In this document: one piece after another, positions 1 through 9,000 of the stretch
How the letters are laid out: each line of letters starts with the position of its first letter
Numbering within the stretch: the first letter of the stretch is position 1
NCBI GenBank assembly: GCA_046331705.1
Contig: JAXLQJ010000025.1
Span: 62,001 to 102,374 of the forward strand
DNA length: 40,374 nucleotides
From: a bacterium
Lineage (GTDB): Bacteria > JADJOY01
Direction of reading: 5' to 3'
The notes under the pieces: generated by a model
Databases searched by the model: none
What the model was told of the DNA's origin: nothing
The model's input: the letters and a program-made list of their open reading frames with translations, nothing else
Position numbers and translations under genes: made by a program

Positions 1-246
1 CTCGAGCTCGCCGCTGGCGTTGGTCTTGACGAGGTAGTCGATCGAACGCTGCGCTTGGCTGAACGAGTTGCTCTGGCCCGCCACCACATACCCATGATCC
101 TGCGTCTCCTCGAGGCTGTACCCCTTGTCCTCCCTCGTGCCCCCGAGGGCTTTCTGAAACGTTTGCGGGGTGCACGCGACGCTCAGCCCAAGCGCCGCCA
201 CCGCGGGGATCCACCGTCGAGTCAGGCACACGCCGATAGTGCTCAT
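1..246 (-). CDS. Partial lipoprotein with beta-propeller-type repeat (runs off the window edge)
   Basis: Not in the ORF track. Manual translation from ATG 246: MSTIGVCLTRRWIPAVAALGLSVAC-TPQTFQKALGGTREDKGYSLEETQDHGYVVAGQSNSF...DYLVKTNASGELE. It has a lipobox (SVA-C), an AAGGAG RBS upstream, and a repeat like the common 'GGxxxDxGYS..TxDGGY..AG.T.SFG...YL.KTD.SG' propeller blade. Confidence 0.8.
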   Translation of the reverse strand, partial: MSTIGVCLTRRWIPAVAALGLSVACTPQTFQKALGGTREDKGYSLEETQDHGYVVAGQSNSFSQAQRSIDYLVKTNASGELE

Positions 247-308
247 GGGAACAGCTCCTTTTGACGGAAGATTGTCAGGCTTCGCTGCGCCGGGGAGGGC
301 CCCAAAAA

Positions 309-324
309 AGCAAGCCTCGTGCCG
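309..324 (-). promoter_or_regulatory. Sigma54 (-24/-12) promoter for the propeller lipoprotein
   Basis: Minus strand reads CGGCACG-AGGC-TTGCT, matching TGGCACG-N4-TTGCW with correct GG/GC spacing, about 63 bp upstream of ATG 246. Confidence 0.7.
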
Positions 325-660
325 CAGTAACCCGGGGCTCACCGCCTGAGACAGGTCGCCGCCTGAGCGTCGTTTCACGCGGCTCGCCTCGCCCTTGAGG
401 TGTGATCGCGGCACGTTACGGGTGAGATTTCCATCGCCGACGTGTGCCATACGGCTTGCGAGATGCTCACCTTCCATGTCGCGGAATGCGATTCGTTCGC
501 AGGATGCGACGCATCGAGGATCGCGGATCGCCGAGGAATGCAGCGTCTTCGTGAGGGTCTCGTCGAGATACCCGCACCACCGGATCTCACCGAGTAGCCC
601 CGAGCGCGGGTCGGGGTCACCCGGGTGTAACGGCGTTCGGCACACGACGCCGCCGAGCAG

Positions 661-679
661 CGATAACTCACGGTTATCG
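661..679. promoter_or_regulatory. Palindromic operator candidate upstream of the POR-type operon
   Basis: Perfect inverted repeat CGATAAC-TCACG-GTTATCG, AT-rich for this genome, about 64 bp before ATG 743. Confidence 0.45.
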
Positions 680-742
680 TTCGATCCTGAGTCCGCGAGC
701 CGGGCCGGGGCCCGGGCACGGCGCTTGAGTTGCTCATGAGTG

Positions 743-1666
743 ATGGTTCGCGTGCGCTTTCACGGTCGCGGCGGACACGGCGTCAAGACGTCGAGCCGCA
801 TCTTGGGAACGGCGGCTTTCCACGCTGGATTCCAGGTCCAGGATTTCCCGATCTACGGCGCCGAGCGACGCGGAGCGCCGGTGGTGGCGTTCACTCGCTT
901 CGACACGGCGCCGATCCTGGAACGCGGTCCCATCGCGCATCCGGACCTCGTGTTGGTCGCGGACGAGACGCTGGTCGGCGAGCCGTCCGCCGGAGTGCTG
1001 ACGGGCGCGGCCGAAGCCCGTGCGCTGTTCGTGAACGCGGCACCCGAGAGCGATCACCTCGCCGCCGGCGCTCCCGCTCGGGACCCGGCGCGCGTTCGCC
1101 GCGCGCTGGCGCTCGATCTGACCTCGCTCGCCATGGCAGTGCTGGGACGCGCGGCATCGCTGAGCGCGGGACTCGCCGCCGCGGCCGCGCGTCTGAGCGG
1201 CGTGGTCGAGCTTGCGGCGGTGGAGCGCGCGATTCGCGCCGAGCTGATCGAGCTGGGCGTCCGGAACCCGGAGATCGACGCCAACGTGACGCTGGCGCGG
1301 CGCGTGTTCGCGGAGCTGCCGGCGATCGAGGCCGCGACGGACGGGGGAGCGACCGCGCCGCCACCGCCCGAGCCGCTGGTGCGCATCGCCTACGAAGGGC
1401 CGATTCGGGGCGCTCCCAGCATCCTCGCTGCGGGCAACGCGGTCGCGCGTCACACCGGGAGCTGGCGTGTCGAGCGCCCGGAGATCGATCGCGAGCGCTG
1501 CAACGCCTGCGGGCTCTGCTTCGTTCGCTGCCCGGATGGCGCGGTGGCGCTCGACGACGAGGGCTACCCGGTCGTCGACTACGACCACTGCAAGGGCTGC
1601 CTCGTGTGCGCGCAGATCTGTCCCCTCGACGCGGTCGCGCGCCGGCGCGAGGTGCGGGCGTGGTGA
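743..1666 (+). CDS. 2-oxoacid:ferredoxin oxidoreductase gamma subunit fused to delta (2x[4Fe-4S]) subunit
   Basis: VRFHGRGGHG and YGAERRGAPV gamma motifs. C-terminal TGSWRVERPEID followed by CNACGLC...CP and CKGCLVC...CP ferredoxin motifs. Start is GTG 740 or ATG 743. Confidence 0.92.
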   Translation: MVRVRFHGRGGHGVKTSSRILGTAAFHAGFQVQDFPIYGAERRGAPVVAFTRFDTAPILERGPIAHPDLVLVADETLVGEPSAGVLTGAAEARALFVNAAPESDHLAAGAPARDPARVRRALALDLTSLAMAVLGRAASLSAGLAAAAARLSGVVELAAVERAIRAELIELGVRNPEIDANVTLARRVFAELPAIEAATDGGATAPPPPEPLVRIAYEGPIRGAPSILAAGNAVARHTGSWRVERPEIDRERCNACGLCFVRCPDGAVALDDEGYPVVDYDHCKGCLVCAQICPLDAVARRREVRAW

Positions 1667-2920
1667 GTGAGAGCTGAGGGCGACGTGAAACGGCTCATCA
1701 CCGGCAACTCCGCCGCTGCGTGGGGCGCTCGGCTGGCCGACGTGGACTACGTGCCGGCGTTCCCGATCACGCCGCAGACCGAGATCATCGAGGCCCTGGC
1801 CGGCTGGTTCGCGAGCGGCGAGCTCGCCGGCAAGTTCGTCACCATGGACAGCGAGCACTCGATGGTGCTCGCTGCGGGCGCCGCAGCGGCGACGGGGGTG
1901 CGCGTCTTCAGCGCCACCTCGAGCCAAGGGCTGGTGTACGCGCTCGAGGCGCTCTACACGGTCGCCGGCTGGCGCGTGCCGTGGGTGCTCGCGAACGTGT
2001 CGCGGGGTCTCGCCGCGCCGATCACCCTCGGACCCGACCACAACGACCTGCTGGCGGCGCGCGACGCCGGCTGCGTGATGATCCACGCCGAGACCTGCCA
2101 GGAGGTCCTCGACTCGATCCTGATGGCGTATCGCATCGTCGAGGATCCGCGCGTGTGCGTGCCGGCGATCGTGAACCTCGATGGCTTCTTGCTGTCGTTC
2201 ACGCGCGAGCCCGTGGAGCTGCCCGACGCCGCCCAGGCGCGCGCGTTCCTGCCCCGTTTCCGAGCCCACCATCCGCCACTTCGCGGCAGCTCCCCCTCGG
2301 CGCAGGGAGTCGCGGTTCTCGATGGGTCGAGCTATTCGTACTTCCGCGCGCAGCTCCATCTGGCGCTGACCAACGCCCTCGCCGTCCACGACGAGGTCGC
2401 GAGCGAGTTCGAGCGCTGCTTCGGCAGGCGCTGGGGCGTCGTGGACGGGGTCGGGCTCGAGGATGCCGAGTCGGTGGTGGTGATGATGGGCTCGCACGCG
2501 ACCAAGGCGCGCGCGGCGGTGGCGCGCTGGCGCGCACGCGGTCGGCGGGTGGGGTTGCTGCGGTTGCGGCTGCTCAGGCCGTGGCCGGCAGCGGCGATCG
2601 CCGACGCCCTCTCGGGTCGCCGCGCGGTGGGAGTGATCGACCAGAACCTCTCGCCCGGGCTGGGCGGTGTCCTCTTCCACGAGGTGGCGGCGTCGCTGGG
2701 CGCCGCTGCGCGCCGGCCGGCGGTGCTGCGCTCGTTCATCGGCGGGCTCGGCGGCAAGGACTTGAGCGACGACGAGCTCGATCACGCGATCGAGATCTTG
2801 GAGGACGCTGCGCCGGACGTGGGGCCCACCGCCGCGGAGCTGCTCTTCACCGCCGCGGATCGCGCGGTGGTCGATGTCGGTCTGATCGCCGCGGGCAAAC
2901 GGCTCGAGGAGGTCGCGTGA
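1667..2920 (+). CDS. porA: Pyruvate/2-oxoacid:ferredoxin oxidoreductase alpha subunit
   Basis: GNSAAA, AFPITPQT, MDSEHS, ATSSQGL, NLDGFLLS and GGLGGKD motifs. Start may be GTG 1685. Confidence 0.88.
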   Translation: MRAEGDVKRLITGNSAAAWGARLADVDYVPAFPITPQTEIIEALAGWFASGELAGKFVTMDSEHSMVLAAGAAAATGVRVFSATSSQGLVYALEALYTVAGWRVPWVLANVSRGLAAPITLGPDHNDLLAARDAGCVMIHAETCQEVLDSILMAYRIVEDPRVCVPAIVNLDGFLLSFTREPVELPDAAQARAFLPRFRAHHPPLRGSSPSAQGVAVLDGSSYSYFRAQLHLALTNALAVHDEVASEFERCFGRRWGVVDGVGLEDAESVVVMMGSHATKARAAVARWRARGRRVGLLRLRLLRPWPAAAIADALSGRRAVGVIDQNLSPGLGGVLFHEVAASLGAAARRPAVLRSFIGGLGGKDLSDDELDHAIEILEDAAPDVGPTAAELLFTAADRAVVDVGLIAAGKRLEEVA

Positions 2921-3891
2921 CGATCCCGACTCCGACCCCACCTCACGACGCGCCCTGGAAAGGCCCGAAGGACGTACCGCGCGGCGAGGAGCTCGCGCCC
3001 GGATCGTCGCTCTGCGCCGGCTGTGGCGGGCTGCTGACGTTGCGCCTCTTCCTCAAGGCGCTCGGCAAACCCGCGGTCGTCGTGAACGGCGCCGGCTGCA
3101 TGACGCTGATGGCGACCTATCCGTACACGCCGCTCAAGGGCTCGTGGCTCTACACCACGATGAGCGGACCTGCGGCGAGCGCCCAGGGCATTCGCGACGC
3201 GCTCGACGTGCTGCGCACCAGCCAGCGCATCGCAGCGGAGGACGACCTCGAGGTCGTGGTGCTCGCCGGCGACGGCTCGAGCTACGACATGGGGCTCGCC
3301 CCGACCTCGGCGGCGATCCACCGCGGCCTCGACTTCTGGTACCTCTGCTACGACAACGAGGCGTACGGGAACACCGGCTTCCAGTTGTCGCCCAGCTCGC
3401 CGTTCGGCTCGGAAACCACCACCTCCCCCGTCGATGCGCGCGAGCCCGAAGGGACGATCCAGCAGAAGAAGGACCTCTTCGAGATCTGGCGAGCCCATCG
3501 TCCGCCGTACGTGGCGACGCTTTCGCCACACGATCCCGTGGATCTGGACGCCAAGATCTGCCGCGCGAAAGAGCGACGTGGCCCCAAGCTTCTCCTGGCA
3601 CTGGCGCCGTGCCCCACCGGCTGGGGCTTCGAGCCCGAGCTCTCGATGGAGCTGGCGCGAAAGGCCGTCGACTGTGGGATCTGGCCACTCGAGGAATCCA
3701 TCGACGGCGCGGTGCGACACACGCGCATCCCACGCCGCCGGCACCCGGTCGCGGAGTACCTCGAGCTCCAGCGGCGTTTTCGCCACCTCTTCCATCCCGA
3801 GCGCCACGAGACCGCGCTCGCCGCGATCCAGGCACGCGTCGATGCCTATTGGGAGCGCGTCCACTCGCTCGAGTCCGGGGGGCCCGTCTGA
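2917..3891 (+). CDS. porB: Pyruvate/2-oxoacid:ferredoxin oxidoreductase beta subunit (TPP-binding)
   Basis: 3' part of ORF 1720..3891, with a GTGA overlap to porA. Motifs CAGCG, GCM, GDG...YDNEAYGNTG and PCPTGW. Confidence 0.88.
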   Translation: MTIPTPTPPHDAPWKGPKDVPRGEELAPGSSLCAGCGGLLTLRLFLKALGKPAVVVNGAGCMTLMATYPYTPLKGSWLYTTMSGPAASAQGIRDALDVLRTSQRIAAEDDLEVVVLAGDGSSYDMGLAPTSAAIHRGLDFWYLCYDNEAYGNTGFQLSPSSPFGSETTTSPVDAREPEGTIQQKKDLFEIWRAHRPPYVATLSPHDPVDLDAKICRAKERRGPKLLLALAPCPTGWGFEPELSMELARKAVDCGIWPLEESIDGAVRHTRIPRRRHPVAEYLELQRRFRHLFHPERHETALAAIQARVDAYWERVHSLESGGPV

Positions 3892-4142
3892 CGCTCGTCC
3901 GCGCTCGGTCGTGAGCGCGCGGTCTTGGCGCTGTGCAACCAAGGGCGCGTTGCTGCACCCTGTCGTCGGTCACCACTCGGTGCGCGCCACTCCGGCGGTG
4001 TCACCAGGTCGCAACGTCGATCCTCGCCGTCTCGCGGACACGTGGAGTTTCGCGCTCATTCCGAGGGCGTCGGTGGTTTCCGGCGGGCGGCGCAAGTGAG
4101 GCACCGGAGTTGCTCCTCGGTTGCGATTCGGAGGCGAAAGGT

Positions 4143-5948
4143 ATGTCCAACGATCTGATCATCGGCATGGCGGGCGCGGGTGGAGACGGCATCGTTTCCG
4201 CCGGAGAATCGCTCATCAACGCGGTCGCCCGCGAGGGCTACTACGCGATCCTCACCAAGAGCTTCGGGCCGCAGATCCGCGGCGGCGAGTCGTCGTGCCG
4301 GTTGCGGGTGGCGACCGAGCCGGTGCGTTCGAGCGGCGACACGCTCGACCTCGCCATCGCGCTGAGCTGGGACGACTTCCTGAAGTTCGGCGCCGAGCTG
4401 CCCGTCGGCGGTCGCACCACGCTGGTGTTCGAGAGCGAGAGCGGTCTCGAGCCGCAGGAGCTCTCGGTGGCGGGCGTGCGGCCGGCGGAGACCCTGGCGG
4501 TGCCGATCGCCGCGCTCTCCAAGCAGGCGACGGGCGCCGAGCGCTCGAAGAACGCGGTGGTGATGGGGCTGCTGTCGACGTGGCTCGGCGTTTCCGGCGA
4601 GCGCATCGTCGCCGGCATCCGCCGCAAGCTCGGCAAGAAGGGCGACGAGGTCGTCGCCGCCAACGAGCGCGCGTTCGCGGCCGGCGCCGCGTACGCGGCC
4701 GAGCATCCGCTCAAACGCTCGCGCAAGCTCGAGGCGCCGCACGGCGCCGGAAGCGGCACCGAGGCGCCGCTCAAGGTGCTGGCGGACGGCAACGAGATGT
4801 CGGCGGCAGGGGCGATCTTCGCCGGCTGCGAGTTCTTCGGCGGCTACCCGATCACGCCCTCGTCCGAGATCATGCACCTGCTCAACGGCGAGATCTGGAA
4901 GTACGGCGGAAGCCTGCTCCAGGCCGAGGACGAGATCGCGGGCATCGGCGCGGTGGTGGGCGCCAGCTTCGCGGGCAAGAAGGCGCTCACCGCCACCTCG
5001 GGGCCGGGCATGTCGCTCAAGACCGAGATGCTCGGTCTCGCGACCATCGCCGAGCTGCCCCTGGTGTGCGTGAACGTGCAGCGTGGCGGGCCGTCGACGG
5101 GCATCCCCACCAAGAGCGAGCAATCCGATCTCTTCCAGGCGGCGTTCTCCGCGCACGGCGACGCGCCGCGGCCGGTGCTGGCGCCGGCGAGCGTGGCCGA
5201 GTCGTTCACCACCACGGTCGAGGCCTTCGAGATCGCCGAGACGTACCAGACGCCGGTGATCATCCTGTCCGATCAGGAGATCGCCCAGCGCAAGGAAACC
5301 TTCGACCCCATCGACACGTCCACGCTCAAGGTGGTGTCGCGGCGCACCCCGGTCGCGGGCGAGCTCGAGCCCTACGTGCGTTTTCGCATCACCGAGTCGG
5401 GCGTGAGCCCGATCAGCCACCCAGGCATGGCGAAGGGGAATTATCTGGCCTCGGGCATCGAGCACAACGAGACCGGTGCCCCCACCGCGGGCGGCGAGAT
5501 GCACGAGCGGATGGTCGCCAAGCGCACCCGCAAGCTCAACCCGCTCAAGCAGCAGCGCAGCTTCTTCTCGATCGAGGGCGATCCCGGAGCGCCGCTGGCG
5601 CTCATCGCGTGGGGCTCGATCGCGGGCATCGCGCGCGAATCCCTCGATCGCGCCCGCGCCGACGGCTTGCGGGTCAAGCTCTTGGTGCCTCGCCTGCTCT
5701 ACCCGGTATCCGAGGAGATCTACCAGGACTTCTTCACCGGCGTGCGCGCGGGCTTGGTCGTGGAGCAGTCCTACCAAGGACAGCTCCATCGGCTGATCCG
5801 CATGTACGTCGACGTACCCGCCGGCTTGCGCTCGTTCGCCAAGCCGGGCTCGAACCCGATCCTGGCGAGCGAGATCGTGGAACGGCTGCTCGGCCTCGCG
5901 GCGGAGCTGCAGCGCCAGCGTCAGAACGAAGTCGAACCGCAGGAGTGA
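4143..5948 (+). CDS. korA: 2-oxoacid (2-oxoglutarate-type):ferredoxin oxidoreductase alpha subunit with N-terminal gamma domain
   Basis: MSNDLIIGMAGAGGDG, QIRGGES, GYPITPSS, QAEDEIA, TATSGPG and QRGGPSTGIPTK motifs. Confidence 0.88.
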   Translation: MSNDLIIGMAGAGGDGIVSAGESLINAVAREGYYAILTKSFGPQIRGGESSCRLRVATEPVRSSGDTLDLAIALSWDDFLKFGAELPVGGRTTLVFESESGLEPQELSVAGVRPAETLAVPIAALSKQATGAERSKNAVVMGLLSTWLGVSGERIVAGIRRKLGKKGDEVVAANERAFAAGAAYAAEHPLKRSRKLEAPHGAGSGTEAPLKVLADGNEMSAAGAIFAGCEFFGGYPITPSSEIMHLLNGEIWKYGGSLLQAEDEIAGIGAVVGASFAGKKALTATSGPGMSLKTEMLGLATIAELPLVCVNVQRGGPSTGIPTKSEQSDLFQAAFSAHGDAPRPVLAPASVAESFTTTVEAFEIAETYQTPVIILSDQEIAQRKETFDPIDTSTLKVVSRRTPVAGELEPYVRFRITESGVSPISHPGMAKGNYLASGIEHNETGAPTAGGEMHERMVAKRTRKLNPLKQQRSFFSIEGDPGAPLALIAWGSIAGIARESLDRARADGLRVKLLVPRLLYPVSEEIYQDFFTGVRAGLVVEQSYQGQLHRLIRMYVDVPAGLRSFAKPGSNPILASEIVERLLGLAAELQRQRQNEVEPQE

Positions 5949-5957
5949 GCGATCACC

Positions 5958-6842
5958 ATGACTGCCATCAATCGCGCCCACGGCTTCACCGCCAAGGACT
6001 ACAAGAGCGCCCTCAAGCCGATCTGGTGCCCGGGTTGCGGCGACTTCGGCGTGCTCCAGTCGATCTCACGCGCGCTCGCCGGAGTGGGGCGGGCGCCCCA
6101 CGAGATCGCGTTCGTGTCCGGGATCGGGTGCTCGAGCCGCATCCCCGGCTACACCACCGCGTACGGCTTCAACAGCGTGCACGGCCGTGCGCTGCCGATC
6201 GCTCAGGGCATCAAGCTCGCCAACCCGGATCTCTTGGTGCTGGTGGCCGGCGGTGACGGCGACGGATTCTCGATCGGCGGCGGACACGTCGCCCACGCGA
6301 TCCGGCGCAACCTCGACCTCACGTACATCGTCATGGACAACCAGATCTACGGGCTCACCAAGGGGCAGCTCTCGCCGACCTCGCCCAAGGGCCTGCCCAC
6401 GGTCTCGTCGACGTACGGCAGCATGGAGGACCCGGTGAACCCGTTGCTCTACGTGCTCGCGTACGGCGCGGGCTTCGTGGCGCAGGGCACGCCGGCGGAC
6501 ATGGCCGGGCTCGCCGAGGTCATCGAGGAGGCGATCCGCTTCCCGGGCTTCGCGTTCGTCAACGTCCAGTCGCCGTGCATCACGTTCGGTCACGAGGACT
6601 CGCAGCTCAAGCACCACAAGGAGATCCAGCAGACGCTGGTATCCCTGAATCACGATCCGGCGAACCGGCTGGCGGCGATGGACCTGGCGCAGGAGTACGG
6701 CACCAAGCTCTACACCGGCGTCTTCTATCGGCGCCCCGAACCGAGCGCCACCTACGACGGCCTGGCGCGCGAGCGCCAGAAGGAACTGGCGCCGAAGGCG
6801 TTGCCCCGCGAGCGGATCCTGGAGCGATTCCTCGCGAAGTGA
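5958..6842 (+). CDS. korB: 2-oxoacid:ferredoxin oxidoreductase beta subunit
   Basis: WCPGCGD, SGIGCSSR, HGRALP, GGDGD, DNQIYGLTKGQ.SPT and SPC motifs. Confidence 0.92.
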   Translation: MTAINRAHGFTAKDYKSALKPIWCPGCGDFGVLQSISRALAGVGRAPHEIAFVSGIGCSSRIPGYTTAYGFNSVHGRALPIAQGIKLANPDLLVLVAGGDGDGFSIGGGHVAHAIRRNLDLTYIVMDNQIYGLTKGQLSPTSPKGLPTVSSTYGSMEDPVNPLLYVLAYGAGFVAQGTPADMAGLAEVIEEAIRFPGFAFVNVQSPCITFGHEDSQLKHHKEIQQTLVSLNHDPANRLAAMDLAQEYGTKLYTGVFYRRPEPSATYDGLARERQKELAPKALPRERILERFLAK

Positions 6843-6904
6843 GCCTGAGGAGGAGTTGGCGGACCCCGGCGCTCGCTGCGCCGGCGCATCCGCCGGAGGC
6901 GGTC

Positions 6905-7534
6905 ATGCGATCAGCGCTCGTTCGTGCTCGTGTGCTCCGTTCGATCCTCGTGGCGTTTGGCGTGCTCGTCGCGTTCGGCCCTGGATTCGGGTGCGGAAGC
7001 GACGACGATGGGCCCAAGCTCGCCGCGGATGGCCTCGTGCCACCGCTGACGGAGGACTTCGGGAAGTACTTCCTCACGTTCGCGAACGCGCCCGTCGGCG
7101 ACCCGATTCCCAGTCCAGGCGGGGGACCCTCGTTCGCGGTGGGGTCCGTGTTCGGTCTCTACTCGGATGGCGCGCGCGCGGCCTTCCTCGTCTATCCCGG
7201 CACTCGCGTGACGCCGTCGCTCTCAGCGCGATTCGTGGGCGAGGTGATCGACGCGAGCACCATCCGGATCGACGGCGGACAAGTCGACACCGACGACGAC
7301 AGCACGTTCGTGAACGACTTGCTGACGACGGCGAGTGGAGAGTTGACGCGCGACGCCGACGGCCTCGGAGTCGCCGCGACCTCGAGTGGGTTGCGCCTCG
7401 ATGCACCGTACCGAGCGCGCTACCCGTTCCATGCCGATTATCGCCAGTCGGTCTTGCCTCTCAACGGCCGGACGAGCCCGGACACGACGTGGGCCGACGA
7501 GTTCTTGGCCGCCGGCTTCGCGCCGGGCTCGTGA
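6905..7534 (+). CDS. Hypothetical lipoprotein
   Basis: Basic N-terminus, hydrophobic stretch and GFG-C-GSDDD lipobox-like site. GGAGG lies upstream and the codon pattern looks coding. Confidence 0.6.
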   Translation: MRSALVRARVLRSILVAFGVLVAFGPGFGCGSDDDGPKLAADGLVPPLTEDFGKYFLTFANAPVGDPIPSPGGGPSFAVGSVFGLYSDGARAAFLVYPGTRVTPSLSARFVGEVIDASTIRIDGGQVDTDDDSTFVNDLLTTASGELTRDADGLGVAATSSGLRLDAPYRARYPFHADYRQSVLPLNGRTSPDTTWADEFLAAGFAPGS

Positions 7535-7565
7535 CGGGTTCGGCGGATCGACGGAAGCCGAGCCC

Positions 7566-8318
7566 GTGAAGCAGATCGCCTCGCTCTTCCTGCTGCCCGA
7601 CTGCAACGCATCGTGCGCGTTCTGCGCGGCGGAGCGTGGCTTCTCGACGATGTCGTTCGCGCAAGCCGAGCGCCTGCTCGACGAGCTCGCGCGCGGCACC
7701 ATCCGCAACGTCGTGCTGGGCGGCGGCGAGCCGTTCTTGTGGCCGCACGACGTGCTGCGACTGGCGGCGCACGCCCACCAGCGCGGCCTGCTGGTGCAGG
7801 TGTGCACCAACGGCCTGGTGCTCCCCAAGGACTTCGCCGAGACCCCGTTCGTCGATCGCTACATCCTGCCGCTCGAATCGGCCGATCCGGCCATCCACGA
7901 CCGTCTGCGGGGCGCAGGTGCCGGCCACCACGCGTGGATGCTCGATCGCTTGGCGCTGCTCACCCGGGCGCGGCGCTCGTTCACGCTCTCGACCGTGGTG
8001 ACCGCGCGGAACGTCGCGGGTATCGCGGATCTGGCGCGGCTCGTGGATGGGCTGGCGCAGTCGGGTGCGCCGCTCCACGCCTGGCACCTCTATCGCTTCC
8101 TGCCGGTGGGGCGTGGCGGCGCGCGAAACGGCACCCGGCTCGCGATCTCGCCGGAGCGGTTTCTCGCAGCGTGGCGCGAGGCGCGCGCGACGGCGCCGCA
8201 CGCGCGGATCTTCCGCCGCGACGACATGCTCGCTGCGAGCACGGTCGAGTTCTTCTGGGCGGAGGGCGCGGCGATCAGGACTGGCGGCGAGGCGTGGTCC
8301 GTGGCCGATGCAGGATGA
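7566..8318 (+). CDS. Radical SAM protein (no SPASM domain)
   Basis: CNASCAFC (CxxxCxxC), GGGEP, TNG and HDRLRG motifs. GTG 7566 start within ORF 7386..8318. Confidence 0.88.
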   Translation: MKQIASLFLLPDCNASCAFCAAERGFSTMSFAQAERLLDELARGTIRNVVLGGGEPFLWPHDVLRLAAHAHQRGLLVQVCTNGLVLPKDFAETPFVDRYILPLESADPAIHDRLRGAGAGHHAWMLDRLALLTRARRSFTLSTVVTARNVAGIADLARLVDGLAQSGAPLHAWHLYRFLPVGRGGARNGTRLAISPERFLAAWREARATAPHARIFRRDDMLAASTVEFFWAEGAAIRTGGEAWSVADAG

Positions 8319-9000
8319 CCACGCGCTGACCCACGCGGCTGCGGGGCGCGCGGGCGAGCCGATCGGCGGCGCCGGGACCGCAGAGCGCGCCGAGGACGCG
8401 CGCCGCCTCGGCGTCGCTCGGGAAGCGAATCTCGCACTCGATCTCCTCGACCACGCGGAATCCGCCCTCGCCGATCAGCGTCTCGATCTCGCTACCGCTC
8501 GGGTCGGTGGGAAGACCGCGAAGCTCCTGGAGCTCGCTCTCCCAGTGGTTCTCGACCAGCCAGACACCCGTTCCCGGCGCCGGCCGCAGCACGCGCAGGG
8601 CTTCCGCGAGCGCCGCCGCGCGCACGGCGGGCCGCAGGTTGGCGAGCACCCAGGTCGCGAGCACTACGTCGACGGAAGCGTCGCCGAGCGGCAGCGCCTG
8701 GGCGCGCCCGCGGATCAGGCGCGTGCGCGCGATGCCGCGCACGCGCCGGCGGGCCACCTCGAGCATCGGGTGCGCGGCGTCGAGCGCCAGATAGCGGCGC
8801 GCGCGCCCGGCGAGCGGCTCCGTCATGCGCCCCGTGCCGCAGCCGAGCTCGAGCACCGTGTGACCGCCGAGATCGAGGTGGGCGGCGAGCCGGGTCACGA
8901 TCCGGTGCTCGGGATCCTCGGCGGCGCGAAACGAATCGAAGAGACCGGGATCGTGCTCGAACGCGTGGGCCCAGCCCTCGCGGCGTGAGGAGGCCTGCAT
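8275..9000 (-). CDS. Class I SAM-dependent methyltransferase
   Basis: VLELGCGTG motif I, LPLGDASVDVV and EALRVLRP. Likely start MQASS at 9000. Confidence 0.85.
   Translation of the reverse strand: MQASSRREGWAHAFEHDPGLFDSFRAAEDPEHRIVTRLAAHLDLGGHTVLELGCGTGRMTEPLAGRARRYLALDAAHPMLEVARRRVRGIARTRLIRGRAQALPLGDASVDVVLATWVLANLRPAVRAAALAEALRVLRPAPGTGVWLVENHWESELQELRGLPTDPSGSEIETLIGEGGFRVVEEIECEIRFPSDAEAARVLGALCGPGAADRLARAPRSRVGQRVVILHRPRTTPRRQS

Noticed and set aside
401..416. CRP/FNR box TGTGATCGCGGCACG
   Set aside because: The second half-site is poor and the spacing is wrong.
330..430. TPP riboswitch upstream of the TPP-dependent POR operon (GGGG...CTGAGA)
   Set aside because: The downstream conserved elements (ACCTGAT, the TAAT loop stem, GCGTAGG) are absent. 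An Infernal scan against the Rfam TPP model would settle it.
1664..5960. TGA recoding or read-through suggested by in-frame gene junctions (gamma/delta-porA, korA-korB, also PAS-MCP)
   Set aside because: TGA is the normal stop for nearly all genes here, in-frame adjacency has about a one-in-three chance, the downstream genes have their own starts, and no SECIS-like context is evident.
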